Part shown: in pieces, positions 40,546 to 53,590 of the stretch
How the letters are laid out: every line of letters begins with the position of its first letter
How positions within the stretch are numbered: the first letter of the stretch is position 1
Assembly: GCF_001194135.2 (NCBI RefSeq)
Contig: NC_068982.1
Coordinates: forward strand, 90,140,819-90,204,818
Source of the DNA: Octopus bimaculoides
Taxonomy: Eukaryota
Direction of reading: 5' to 3'
Length of the DNA stretch: 64,000 nucleotides
Notes under the pieces: model-generated
What the model was told of the DNA's origin: nothing
The model's input: only the letters and a program-made list of their open reading frames with translations
Databases searched by the model: none
Program-made: the position numbers and the translations under genes

Positions 40546-40577
<32 letters not shown>

Positions 40578-41602
40578 GTATACACATAAATGTGGGTGTC
40601 TGTGTGTGTATGCATGTGTGTATGTATATATGTATGGTTGTATATATACGTATATGTGTGTGCGTGTGTGCGTTATGAGGATGTGTGTATGTATGTATGT
40701 ATGCATGCATCCATGTATGTATGCTATTGCTTTAAGATTTGTTAATTGGTCTTTGCTTTGGAGACTTCAAACTGGTCACTAACACAGTGACGAGGCTGTT
40801 TTCTTCAAGACAAGACCGATTCTGGAGTTTGTGTTTATCGTGATTGTTTGATGGACGCATATATGTATATACTGTGCTCCCGTTTGTGCGTGCACTCACG
40901 TAGTGAATATGCGTGTCACGTTGATATATAACTCTGTTTGTGACTCATTATTTTACGTGCGTGCGTTTGTGTGCGTATTCTCTGTGTATTATATGACCAG
41001 GGCCTTCACACGGAGAACTATTTTACAAATTTCCACTTGTATACCTATGTTTGTATGTAAGTATGTAAATATGTAAATTCCAAAGACTGAAGAAGTGTTA
41101 TTTTCTTCTTGATGTTTCACGGACAAGGACTTGAGATAATTGACAGGTTAAATATTGTTGATATAGGAGAGATTTCTTTTTTAAATCTGTCAATATTTTT
41201 AAGAAGCTTCAGTTAATATTTGGACTAACTTGAAATTATACCATCCCGTAGAATGCAGTCGTGGTAAGAAACATATGGACGATATATTTAGAATAGCTTA
41301 ATACGATTTGGTGGAAAAATATAATTATTGGTGTGTGATTGAGGTGACTTTATGAAAAGTTGGCAGAGAAGTAGAAATTACAGACAATTAAACATCTATT
41401 ATCGTGAGAGTAGGAGAAATATTGGAGTGAAAGGGAGAGAGATAAAGAGAGAAAGTGCGAGGGAAAATAAGACTGAAAAAGAAGCGGAGTAAGGGAAATA
41501 AAAGTTTGGTACAGCGTAACACATCAGTGCTTCTCAAGTCTAGAACTAAATTGATATCCGATTAGTGAAACAATCTTCAATATCCAATATCTACGAGGCA
41601 TT

Positions 41603-41684
<82 letters not shown>

Positions 41685-41690
41685 ATATAT

Positions 41691-42032
41691 AGCTTGTAGA
41701 GAAATTATTAGTATATGACTTAACTTATTCAACAAAGTTCAACAAATTCATTCATATTTATGTAATGAAGGAGATTGGATGTTAAAACGATTATAGTTTT
41801 TATTTTTCAGATTGCTATACAATTGTTTCATACAAATTGACCCAGATATTCATAATTGGCTATCATAAATGAATATCTGGGTCCATACGTATGAAACACT
41901 TGTATAGAAATATGAAAAATAAGAACTATAATCCATTTTAACATCCAATCTCCTTCATTATATAAATATGAATGAATTTGTTGAACTTTGTTTAATAAGT
42001 TAAGTCATATACTAATAATTTCAATACAAGCT
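41691..42032. repeat. Long inverted repeat (fold-back), arms of about 163 bp, 15-nt spacer
   Basis: 41691-41853 versus the reverse complement of 41869-42032: about 12 differences by manual alignment. Confidence 0.95.
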
Positions 42033-42373
42033 TTCATATCTATACGATTTTTTTTTATAAAATCAATCGAAAGTAAAGTATGAAGAAAAGACATTAGAAA
42101 TTTTAGGAAAAATTTCCAATTAAAAGATGAACATACATTCATCCGATGATATATACATATATATTATTATTGTTATTATTTGTCAAATTGTGCGATTATA
42201 TACCAGTTTGAATATTCCAAATGCTTATTTTGTCCCATGTTTGACAAGAAATCCCTGACATTTAAAAATGAAAAACTTCCTGGCAAACAAATATTTCCTG
42301 ATGAAATATAGATGATGGTAACTTGAAGCTAAGAGAAATAATGGAATATTTTCAAACAACCAAACATTATAAA

Positions 42374-42411
<38 letters not shown>

Positions 42412-43445
42412 ATCCGTGCGTGCGCGTGCGCGCGCGCACTAAAATGTAGATGTTTCTTGCATGATAACAATGAAACAAACAATGACATCATTAAAATGCT
42501 TCTGCAAAAAAAAAAAAAAAACTTTCGGAATTAATCACGTGCTTAAAATATGAAGTGATATATGACTAGATATGAAAACAAATTCAATGAACCTCGATGA
42601 AAGCAGATAGATGGCTCTCGTATATAATCATATAACCATGCTGAACTATAAATACTGACTGACTGACATGCTGATCAACAGACATGGAGACATATTGAAA
42701 ACTATGCACACATATAGTGTAAGAAACAAAGACATCATGCATAAATAAATAAAACTAAAAGGATGCATAAATTGACAGATTACATTCATACATATGTAGA
42801 TAATATCCTTCTTAAATATGGATGTATATTAGAGCTAGAAGCTATTCTGCATTTCCTATTCCTTTCCTTTCTACTTCGCCCTTTGTCTAAACTAGTCATT
42901 TCTTTGTCTAAATGATTTAGAAAAAATATTCTTTTTAAAAAGCTCTTCGTGTCATTTCCAGCAAAATTTATCATATGTCAATGCAGGCGATATACAGCCA
43001 TGCCATAAATAATGATAAGAATCTTTTCTACATCAACTGTAATATCAAGCCAACAATGAAAATAACTACAGATGGTTTATGCATCAACAAATAAATAAAG
43101 AGTACATGATAGACATATACATTCCTTAAAATTGAATAATATTATAGGGAAGTATATAAATTACGCAACTACATGAATTATAGGAAACAGTAGTAGATAA
43201 TTCTTCAATTAATATGAAAACCTTTACATATGTCTATCTCAGATTTCCTCCTGAACTAATTTATTTCCGAAAAAAAAACACATAACCTTTCCTGGTAAAT
43301 CAGGGAGGCGAACAGACATAACACCTTAAATGCTACAAGCACATACACACACACACACAAAGTTTTGATATATGTGTGTGCGTGTATGTGTGTGTGAGTG
43401 TGTATGTGTGTGTGCGTGTGTAATGAAAGTATAGATACAAATATA

Positions 43446-44382
43446 TCTATATATATATAATTATTTGCCTCTCTGTCTGTCTGTTCCGTATGCATTCTGA
43501 AACGGCTCGACCAAATCAAATTTTACAAATTGTGAATGTCAACATGTACATTTTTTTCCATTTGGATTAAAACAATATAACATCTGCTTTACGTGAAACA
43601 GACTACGTACAAATTCGTTTTTCACAAATCCTGGAGCTACTTTCAGATATGATCTATCCCATTCTTATGAAAATGACAATTTTGTCCAAATTGTCCAAAT
43701 ATTTAGTCGCTAAACTCAAATTGTCGTTTCTGCAAAGGTTTAAAATTTCCAAATGAAATTAATGGCTTGTCCTACTCCTGGAGGTATGGTAATGTTGTCA
43801 GCATGCTAGCTCCTACTCAACTTCTTATGGATCTTCTGGAAGGCCCTTCCATCCAGTCAAAGGATTTTCTGAATAATATCACGCAATACAATTCTGAATT
43901 TCAAATAACATCGTTTGGTGTATCTTAGGAGATAGTCGAACATGGATTTACGCCGATGTTCAAAGTTCAAGAGCAAGTCTATCACCTTATTGGTTCCCCG
44001 TTACCAATAAATGAACAACCGGTTCCACCAAATTTACTTTATGAGTGATGTAGGACAACAAATCCGAAGGAAGTGTCAAAATTTCAGGCAATGAGTCGTG
44101 TTAGACGCAGCGCCGACTGCCGCAAAGGAGAGTATATCCACTGATAGCTTTTCAGTGCGTTCAAAAATCACATACCCACCACTCCAATTTTCATGTAAGG
44201 TTAGGACCTGGAATAATCCAAACAGACGCATGGTATGTCGCTTAGTCAAATTAGCCCATAATTTGCTCCACAAATGTTTAGTCGCAAATGCTGCACTTTC
44301 CAGTATCACCTGTTAACATAATTGTAATGTATATACAAACTATGCCATTTTAATCCAGAGCAACGCCAGGTATCTTTGCTAG
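43446..44382 (+). mobile_element. Internally deleted Helitron with RepHel N-terminal fragment
   Basis: 5' A|TC-tatatata...(tgtc)n-ttccgtatgc terminus. 43730-44090 translates CKGLKFPNE..G...SKDFLNNITQYNSEFQITSFG..EHGFTPMFKVQEQVYHLIGSPLP (cf. Helitron YNSAFQMTSFG..FKVQGQVYHLIGSLLP). 3' end gagcaacgccaggtatctttgCTAG. Confidence 0.85.
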
Positions 44383-45111
44383 CTTCCCAATAAACTTTCT
44401 TAATATTCATGACCAGACAATTCTATATCCTAGAATCTGCCATTGCACCAAAGATTATATCTGATGCAAAAGTTCAGAGCTTTTGTTAAAAATGCATTTT
44501 TAATAAAATTGTAGAAGAATCTCCACAAACAATTGATTAAATATTTTGGCAAATTAACAATTTCTATCATCTTTAGCACTAACTCCAGAGAAGTACCCTA
44601 AAGTCATCAGGAAATAAACAGTCGTAAATCAATTTACAATATTACCAACAACAACAACAATGAAAATGTATGTGTATAGGGAGTCGTAACTTTAGAAGAC
44701 CAGCGGTTGCAAAATAATCAATTTGAGAAAAAAGAGACTGACAATTTCTAATCGTAACAAGAAAACCGAACCATTAAAATAAAGCAAATAGGAGAATAGT
44801 ATTCGGCCAACTGATAATATCATTCCCCTATTTCTCATATCAATTCATCTTCTAAATTATAACGTGTAGGCGTTTCGGGTTTATGAGAAGTCGTGTGTAA
44901 GCTGTGCTCACACATCTCTTGTACTGTATTTTTATATCGCCTGTCTTTAACATAAAATATGCCGACTGCATATCTCAGAAAGAAATATCGTAACGATTTT
45001 GTAAATATGGGACATGTTCTTGTATTTATAACTCTAACAAAAGGCATTTGTTAACTATTGCGATGATTACACACACACATATGTATGTATATGTGTGTGT
45101 GTGTGTGTGTG

Positions 45112-45281
45112 TTTGTGAAATATAACGCGTCTTGAATAACACAACAATACAGAGTGGACTATAAATAACTGTTATAATTTAATTATCCATAGTCTGATAT
45201 AATATTGATAATTAAATTATAACAGTTATTATAGTCCACTCTGCATTGTCGTGTCATTCAAGACACGTTATATTTTACAAA
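45112..45281. repeat. Inverted repeat, arms of about 75 bp, 19-nt loop
   Basis: tttgtgaaatataacgcgtcttgaat...aattatc / gataatt...attcaagacacgttatattttacaaa; about 5 substitutions, all transitions. Confidence 0.95.
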
Positions 45282-45563
45282 TAATACACAATCAAGCGAA
45301 CCAATACTCTCCTGTATATATATATATATATATATACAATATTTAGCTAACCAATTCATGCGTGGAAGCATGGATAAACTTATAACTCATTACAATATAT
45401 ATATATTAAAGTGACATTGGAAAAGATATTATATAACGAACCTCCTTCGCTTACTGGCTGTTTCTGCTATAAGATGCACTACACTCAGTTTAATGCTTCT
45501 TCATCACCCTATAGCTTCATCGGGACTTAATACATGATGTGCAATTACATTTGGGAAAGCATT

Positions 45564-46121
45564 TACAGTAATGCCTCACCTTACGAGGGTTTGGTTTACG
45601 AGACCCCGCTTTAAAATTTTTCAAGTTCAAGATCCAAATTTTGAACGTTATGTAAAAATTTTTACTATCATAACAAATACTTCTTCGTGTTACCGAGAAA
45701 TTTAGAGCGAGCGAAAAAATGCTTTTTCTAAGTAATGAAATCTAGACTTGTTTTTTTAAAAAGAAATCTACAAGTCTGTCTACGCGTGCTTGTGAATCGG
45801 CGATCGCTTCTACAAGTGATGATGTGCACCAGTGTAGTGCGAGTGAAAGTGATTCAGAAAACGATTATAGTAATAATGTATTCTATTATAAATGATCATG
45901 ACCGTCTTTTTACTTTACATAAAATATTCTATAAACTCTACTGTTCTTTTATTGCAATTTATTTACGGGTATTATGAATTTTATAGGTAAAATATTTTTC
46001 TGGGAACGAATTACGATTTATAACATTGCTACTGTGGGAAATTATCGCTCTGCTTTACGAGTTTTCGCTTTCGGAGCGGTCTCCGGGAGCAAAATAACTC
46101 GTATATCGAAGCGTTACTGTA
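45564..46121. mobile_element. Non-autonomous Tigger/pogo-type element (MITE)
   Basis: TA|cagtaatgcctcaccttacgag ... ctcgtatatcgaagcgttactg|TA: imperfect 22-bp TIRs with TA TSD; internal acidic stretch SDDVHQCSASESDSEND. Confidence 0.8.
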
Positions 46122-46124
46122 CAT

Positions 46125-46400
46125 TTATCGTCGTGGCACTCCGGCGGTTACGACGACCAGGGTTCCAGCCTGCTCGTGAAATTAACGTGCAAGTGGCTGA
46201 GCACTCCACAGACACGTGGACCCTTAACGTCGTTCTTGGGGAGATTCAGCGTGACACAGAGTGTGACAAAGCTGGCCCTTTGAAATACAGGTACAGCAGA
46301 AACAGGAAGAAAGAGTGAGAGAAAGTTGTGGTGAGAGAGTACAGCAGGGTTCGACACCACCCCCTGCCGGAGCTTCGCGGAGCTTTAGCTGTTTTCGCCC
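46125..46400 (+). mobile_element. Interspersed repeat family C
   Basis: GC-richer block shared with 21345-21470; looks little diverged. Confidence 0.7.
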
Positions 46401-46567
46401 CTCTCTTTTCATATGTATATCCTCTACGAGCATTCACTAAATGTACATTCAGCATTACTGTTTAAACAAGCCCTGTGTCTAAAACACAAGGCTGCCCCTA
46501 TGAAATCGACTCGAGAATACCTCTAGTCGTGTTGGCTCGCTCTTTCGAACTTACAAGGTGCACTTAC

Positions 46568-46630
46568 TGGTCTTCTCATCACGGCCGTCACCAGCACAGG
46601 GATAAAATACAGCTTAAAGCGTAAAGCTGC
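46568..46630 (-). CDS. Weak candidate exon (59 or 63 nt) of an unidentified host gene
   Basis: atttttacag|GCAG|CTTTACG...AGACCA|gtaagtg; open as (A)ALRFKLYFIPVLVTAVMRRP; no homology recognised. Confidence 0.25.
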
Positions 46631-47249
46631 CTGTAAAAATACTATCAGTAAGATGCCACGATCTTATCCTTTTACATAGAGAGAAGTAAATTCACTGGCA
46701 GCGTGTGTTAACCAAAATAACTAAAGTTATACAGTGACTAACGTTTGTGTGTGTCACTATGAGTTGTGAACAATAACGCATGCCTACTTAAGACTTACAT
46801 TCAATTTCATTGTATACGTAGATCATTTTTGTTTTTTCTTAAGTTCTAGGCTTCATAAGGCCGGAACCCCAGTTTCTATCATATAAATGACCGGTCGGAA
46901 TCACAACGACCACACTTAACAGGATGTTGGTCCGTTTCAGAATTGAAGGCCAATAAATTTCGAGAAGAGAAGCAACTCGATTATATCAACCCTTGTGCTT
47001 AACTGGCACTTTTTTTTTACCGCTGTCCAGTGGATGTAAGTCAAAGTTGGTTTCAGCGTTATTTGAACTTAAAAAATTTAAAGAAACAGAAGAAATGCCG
47101 CAATGTGTTCAAATAATTCTACCAGCCTGCTGCCAGGAGGTTATACAATTGAACAGATATGCAAATCTGTAGAAATGGAGCCTGTTACTCGTAGCATTTT
47201 TTTTTTATAAGTAGCAATAAGCTACTCTCTCTCTCTCTCTCTCTCGCTT

Positions 47250-47280
<31 letters not shown>

Positions 47281-47401
47281 AACTACTTGTACTCTCTGCA
47301 AGAAGATTACGAGTAGACACTGTTTATATAACAACGATGACAAGTTGTAATTCGTACAAATATTGCCGGCTTCATCTTGCAGAGCGATACACGCACACCC
47401 T

Positions 47402-47457
<56 letters not shown>

Positions 47458-47886
47458 AAGGTGAAAGACAGAGAGACGGAGAGAAAGGACGAGGAACTAA
47501 GGGAGAGCAACATTTGTGTTTTAAGCATAGATTATATCTATACAGTTTGGCTGAGTGCATATCAATTCAAGCTACACATATCACATTAACAGTTGACTCT
47601 CATAAACTCATATTGCCCCACTGTTTTTATTTATAAGTATATTAGTATGTATGTGTATGTATATATATATATATATGCGTTTGATAAAATACAGAAAATA
47701 TATATCGCATTACATGGGTTATAAAACACATGTTTCTTCAACTTGCTGTCAGTATTACATACATGCTTGTTGAAACATTATATAATATAAAATATCTCTT
47801 CAGTGTTTAGTGTTTGTGTCAGTGTTTGTGTGAGTGATTGTATGTGTGTGTGGGTGTGTGTATAGTAACAAAATATTTGAACTAAC

Positions 47887-47995
47887 CTTGGTTTTCTTGA
47901 ACTCCAGATAGTCTCTGTTTCGATCTTTCATTTTTGCGTAAACTCATTTTGGCGCGAGATACTGAATTGTTGTCCTGTACTGATACAGCGTCGTA
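47887..47995 (-). CDS. Candidate 109-nt exon of an unidentified host gene
   Basis: Strong acceptor gtttttctctatttgcag| and donor AAG|gttagt; CpG-containing. Only one frame is open: YDAVSVQDNNSVSRAKMSLRKNERSKQRLSGVQENQ(G), with an internal aaaATG. Confidence 0.45.
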
Positions 47996-48688
47996 CTGCA
48001 AATAGAGAAAAACATAAACTATTGAATTTGAAGAATTTCTTCTCTGGAACAGTAATAATTCATATTTTATAATGATGGTTTTTGATTTAGACACAACGTC
48101 AGCAAATTTGACGGGAGGGTTTTAGTTGAGATAACCTCGACCTTAATGCTTAAGAGGTATTTTGATTTATCGATCCAAAAAGAATTAAAGGCAAATAGAC
48201 AGCAGTTGGAATTGGACTGAGAACGTAAAAATTCCAAAAAAATGCCTTCAGGTGGTTCGTTTGACGTTATAACGATTCAATCAGCTGGGAAAGAACCAAA
48301 AGAATTTCACATTTTTCCAAAGATGAAAACAGTGTTTCATCAATAGTTGAATCTTCAACGACAGTTGCATGTTAAAGGCAATTGGAAGACAAAATGTATC
48401 CCCAATTCTCACGGAAACTTTTACGCCCCAAAAATCCCATTCTCCGTTAAAAGTTTTAAATATTTATTATTTTCGTCTTTCAAACTTAATTCTCTCAACG
48501 TTCTACTAAGAATGTAAGAAGTAAGAATGGAACATGTTTTCTAAAAAGTAATATTTTACTATCTTCTTCGCTGTATTTAGATTTCTCGCTATAGTAAATA
48601 TATTTTGAATTACATGGAGTGCATTCCATTTACACACATACACACACACACGCACACACACACACTCTCACACACACACACACATGTA

Positions 48689-48736
<48 letters not shown>

Positions 48737-49236
48737 TATGTATGTATGAGTATAGCGGAAAAATTATACAAAATGTATAACACAGGTCGAAACGTGTTGC
48801 ACTAAATAAAGTCTAATAGACATTACATCTCTTATTTATACTCAATCTATACTCGGGTGCGCGACGTGTGGATGTTTCTTTGTTTGAGGTACTGGATTTA
48901 GCAGTTTTGTATTCAATCAGGCTAGACCAGTTCTTCGAAAAATTTATTTTTTGAGGCCCCTTTACAAAACAAATCAGAGGGATGATAGCCATTAGGCTTT
49001 CAATAAAGCTACTAGAATGCTTGGTCTTTCTTTACGACTATTAATGTTTATTTGCAAATTACCAGTGAGCAGAATCATCAAATATTTAATTATCTATTGA
49101 TATCCAGTATGTACAGTTCACCAGAGTGTTTCATAAAGGCTAAATATGCCATTATTTTTTAAAATGCTTTCCCGTTTAGTTATAATTCAATGACGATACA
49201 ATGAAAAGGATTGGTTTTCTGGTCATTTTTATTGTT

Positions 49237-49267
<31 letters not shown>

Positions 49268-49806
49268 TTGTTGTTGTTGTTGTTGTTGTTGCTGATGATG
49301 ATGCTATTGTTCTTGCTGCTTAACTCCAGTTCAGCTTTGATAGAGTAGAGCTATCAAATGAAGCGTTAGAACAATGGCTATCACGTGTTAACACATAATG
49401 TGATTACGACAATATCATGTAGTGACTCTTCCTTTTTGTTTTCTTGTGGTTGTTTTTTAACAAAGTAGATTCTTATAAGACGGACATTCGTCTACCATAT
49501 TTTAGCAGAGCAAGCGGTCAAATGGGTTTCTCTTTCGCTTGTTCGTACCGACTTAGTCTTCAGAATTGTTTTTCGGGATTATTCGCTGTTTATTCAACGG
49601 AGTATAATTCTGTATTAACTAGACCTTGTAAAATACTAGTGGTTAATTTTCTTTGATAAAAACTTGTAAAATTTCAGTCATTATCTTCTGAAATATCATT
49701 AAATCGCACTGTAATCAAACTAGGAAGCTGCTATTTAATTAATATAATAATATTTAAGGATACTTATCTCGTACTTTAGTCCAGTATAATATTAAATTTA
49801 TGAACA

Positions 49807-49848
<42 letters not shown>

Positions 49849-52334
49849 NNNNNNNNNNNNNNNNNNNNNNNNNNNNNNNNNNNNNNNNNNNNNNNNNNNN
49901 NNNNNNNNNNNNNNNNNNNNNNNNNNNNNNNNNNNNNNNNNNNNNNNNNNNNNNNNNNNNNNNNNNNNNNNNNNNNNNNNNNNNNNNNNNNNNNNNNNNN
50001 NNNNNNNNNNNNNNNNTGTGTGTGTGTGTGTGCGTAAACAACACATGTAAATATTCATATTCTGTCTCTCTTTTACTAGTTTCAGCTTGGTTGAATGAGC
50101 TATAAGAAAATTGACTCTGCTAAAAGAATTGAGTTGTTTCATCAGTAAATCTTTGTGGTTGGTTGTAACACTTTAAATTAACAACCCTAAATTTAACACA
50201 TACACACACAAACACACACACACAAGCACACATACACAAACACGTATACATTCTTGCTCCCTCTTCCTTTCCCTCTCTCTCACACACATGTACATACACA
50301 TACATACATAATAATACAGTAAAAAGGATTAACGTTCTAAATCTGTGATTTTCATGATTAACTTTGTTGGCCTGCAACTTCGTAGTTACAGAACAATAGT
50401 TATTGCTAGCTATTATATTTCAAGAAACATCCTTACTCTATATAACATATCGAGTGCTCTCTACATCCTTCCAAAATCACTTGCACAACGCTATACAGGT
50501 ACACATACGCATATATATATATATATATATATATATACGTGCACACACAAACACACACACACTCATGCACGCTTCGCATACATACATACACAAACACACA
50601 TACATGTAAAGGCGTCCTAATGAATATGTTTGATATGGTCACGTTATGTTCCTCGGATAATATACTTAGTGTTCTTCAGATACATCCTCTAACATTATAC
50701 TTCAGTTCTACGCCTATAATTCCATTAGTGTATACGTTTAGAGTTACTTAATGAATGCCTTTGTGCGTTTTTTTGAAGTTAACTTGGCATGTGATGATCC
50801 ACCCGTTTGACTAGATATTATTTTTATCTTAGTCTTTTACTTTGTTGATTCAGCCATGTTTTTTTCCTCTTCTTGCAACATATTCAGTTATTTATTTGAT
50901 TTATTGGATATTTTTATGATATGTTTATTTGTGCATTACCTTAAGATAAAATATATTTATCAGTTTATTATTATAATATACCATTATGATATTTCAAATT
51001 ACTTGTCACGAATCAAGTTTACTACCCTGTTCCAATTCGTTGTAGGAACTATTTTACTTAGAGCATTAATACCGTTACAAATGGCATGAACACAATTTTC
51101 TACTCAGCTGTCCTACAATTCCGCCATTAAAATGTGTTTTATTACATCCATTATCCTTCTAGTTATATTTCACTGTCATCAACTTTCCTTCTGTCACTTT
51201 CTCCGTTGTATATCAGTAAAATTGGTGATGTCCATGCCATAACGAACTGGTTTAACTTGATAATAAACATTGCTTATATATGATCACCGATTCAGGTCAC
51301 TATTTGAAAAATTCTCTTCTCCAACATAACTTATAGTGGTAAATTAAAAGCAGTTTGACTACACTAAATAAATGATCGATAAAACGTGATGAATGAAGCA
51401 CTAAATGGATGCCACCTAAGTGTGGAAAGATCAATGATCAACCAAATTTGTGATAAAACCCTATACATATGCTATTAAGGCATTTCCAGCCTTTTCTAAC
51501 AGTCTATTTGCTGTGGTGTGGACTACAGAAATCATTGTAAAATGACATTTCTCTAAGCTATATTATCCTTATATTTTGTTGATATAAAGATATATCATTG
51601 TATTTGGTTGCTACCACTCAAACTGTTTACAAAATGATATCGTATTAAGGCTTGAAGCTTTAAAACAAATATTGTAAGTTTATTTGCTAAAAGATACCAC
51701 ACAGTTCTTGGTGAGGAATTGAGTCAAGGACCAGGTCGCAGCTGTGCGATAAAAAGTTTGAGGCCTTATGAAATAAATTTTAATTCAAATGAATTTAAAA
51801 GCTTTGAAGTTGTATATAGTTCTTTAATGATATAAATACTAAATTTAGTATATTTTTATATAAATTGAATTTGAGACTTTTGACGTATCATGGCATTACT
51901 CACCACATTACTCACATTACTCATCACATAACTTAATAGAGATCGTTTTATGAAAAATTATCCTTGCTCTAAAACATTCAATAAATATTGTGAGAAAATA
52001 TTTATAGTCTTAACAAGGAACAAACTTTCCATATATAAAAGATCATATTGATGTAACATGTCGGAAATATATTTCTAAGCGCAATACAGCTACAGAGGAC
52101 TATTAAAATGTAGTAACGGACTTCGTTCATCGAAATTCACTTCTTATTGCACATAGAGATCACCTGAACGTTTTTGTTCAGATTTCTCGACCGAGGGACA
52201 ACGCTATAACTCTGCAAGTTAATCGGCCATTTATACTGACTCCACTACTGCATTATATACTTCCTAATGGAAGAATACAGTACAAGGAGTGGCAATACGT
52301 TAGACTCTCAACTGATTCTACAGTCCAACTTAAT

Positions 52335-52512
52335 AATAATTGCTTCTAGATTAGGCACAAAACTAGAGACGCTGTGGGGAGGGTTTAGTCGATGCTATCG
52401 ACGACGGTGCTTGACTGGTGCTTTATTTTAGCGTCCCCAAAAGAATAAGACATCGAACTTGTCCTTGCTTCAATTCAGAACATAAAATTCCGGAAGAAAT
52501 AACGAAGCGCTA
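52335..52512 (-). mobile_element. SINE family A, diverged (further diverged minus copies at about 20795-20930, 46985-47135, 48095-48250, 54170-54300)
   Basis: ggcacaa...ttagtcgat...actggt..ttatttta..ccc motif order. Confidence 0.65.
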
Positions 52513-52535
52513 AGTATTCTGCAAATCAATCACCC

Positions 52536-52782
<247 letters not shown>

Positions 52783-53225
52783 AGAGACGGGAAGAGGCAA
52801 CCTTGCCGGACCGAGCGCATGATGTGGTACGGCTCTGAGAGGTGACCGTTCACACTGACCACTGAACAGATGTCGCTGTTCACAGCGATCCAGCCCCTAA
52901 ATACAGACCCAAAACCAGCTACCTTTAGGACCGCCGCCAGGTATAGATGGTCGACCCTATAGAAAGCTTTGGACTGATCTATATTGATCAGGTCCCCACA
53001 CGTGTCAGGTTGATATGAGGTGGAGGTTGTCGTGGATGGATCTCTTCGGGATGGCATATGGTTGTCCCTCACCTAACAGATCCACGATGACAAGCGCCAA
53101 TCTCAACTAACACCTTGGCCAAAATTTTGAACTCTGCATTCAGTAGAGTTATGGGCCTAAATTTGCCAATACAATTCCCCTTGTTCGGGCATTTTCTGAG
53201 CAACCCCACCGCTCAGCGACTCACA
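52783..53225 (-). mobile_element. Tx1/L1-clade LINE reverse transcriptase fragment
   Basis: FRPITLLNAEFKILAKV..RLALVI..QPYAIPKRSIHDNLHLI..INIDQSKAFYRVDH.YL..VL..GFG..F..WI..VNGHLS..SVRQGC. Confidence 0.88.
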
Positions 53226-53479
53226 AAACAGGAAATTTTCCCAATCACCCAGTAACAATAATGTGAAATATTATTGTTAAAAATGATGACTTGCAAAAAT
53301 GGTGAATTTTTTTCCTGCAAAGATTCTATATATTCAGAAAAAATATTTCTTTTATTGTCTATAATAACTAACGCAATTTGTTGAAGATTACTCAAAACGA
53401 ACTTAGCCGTTTGATTCGCAATGTATGTTTCAATGAACTATTAGCAATGTGCTTCAGTTCTTTCAGTGATGCCTGTGCC

Positions 53480-53590
53480 TTCATTCCTATACTCTTATCC
53501 AACAAGAGAATTTCTGTTCATCAAGGTGATGTGCTAGGACCAATACTGCTTTGTTATTTGAATGATAATTATTGGAAATATCTTTAATAT
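53480..53590 (+). pseudogene. CR1/Jockey-type RT motif remnant
   Basis: SVHQGDVLGPILLCYLND (cf. GVPQGSVLGP.LF..YIND). Confidence 0.45.
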
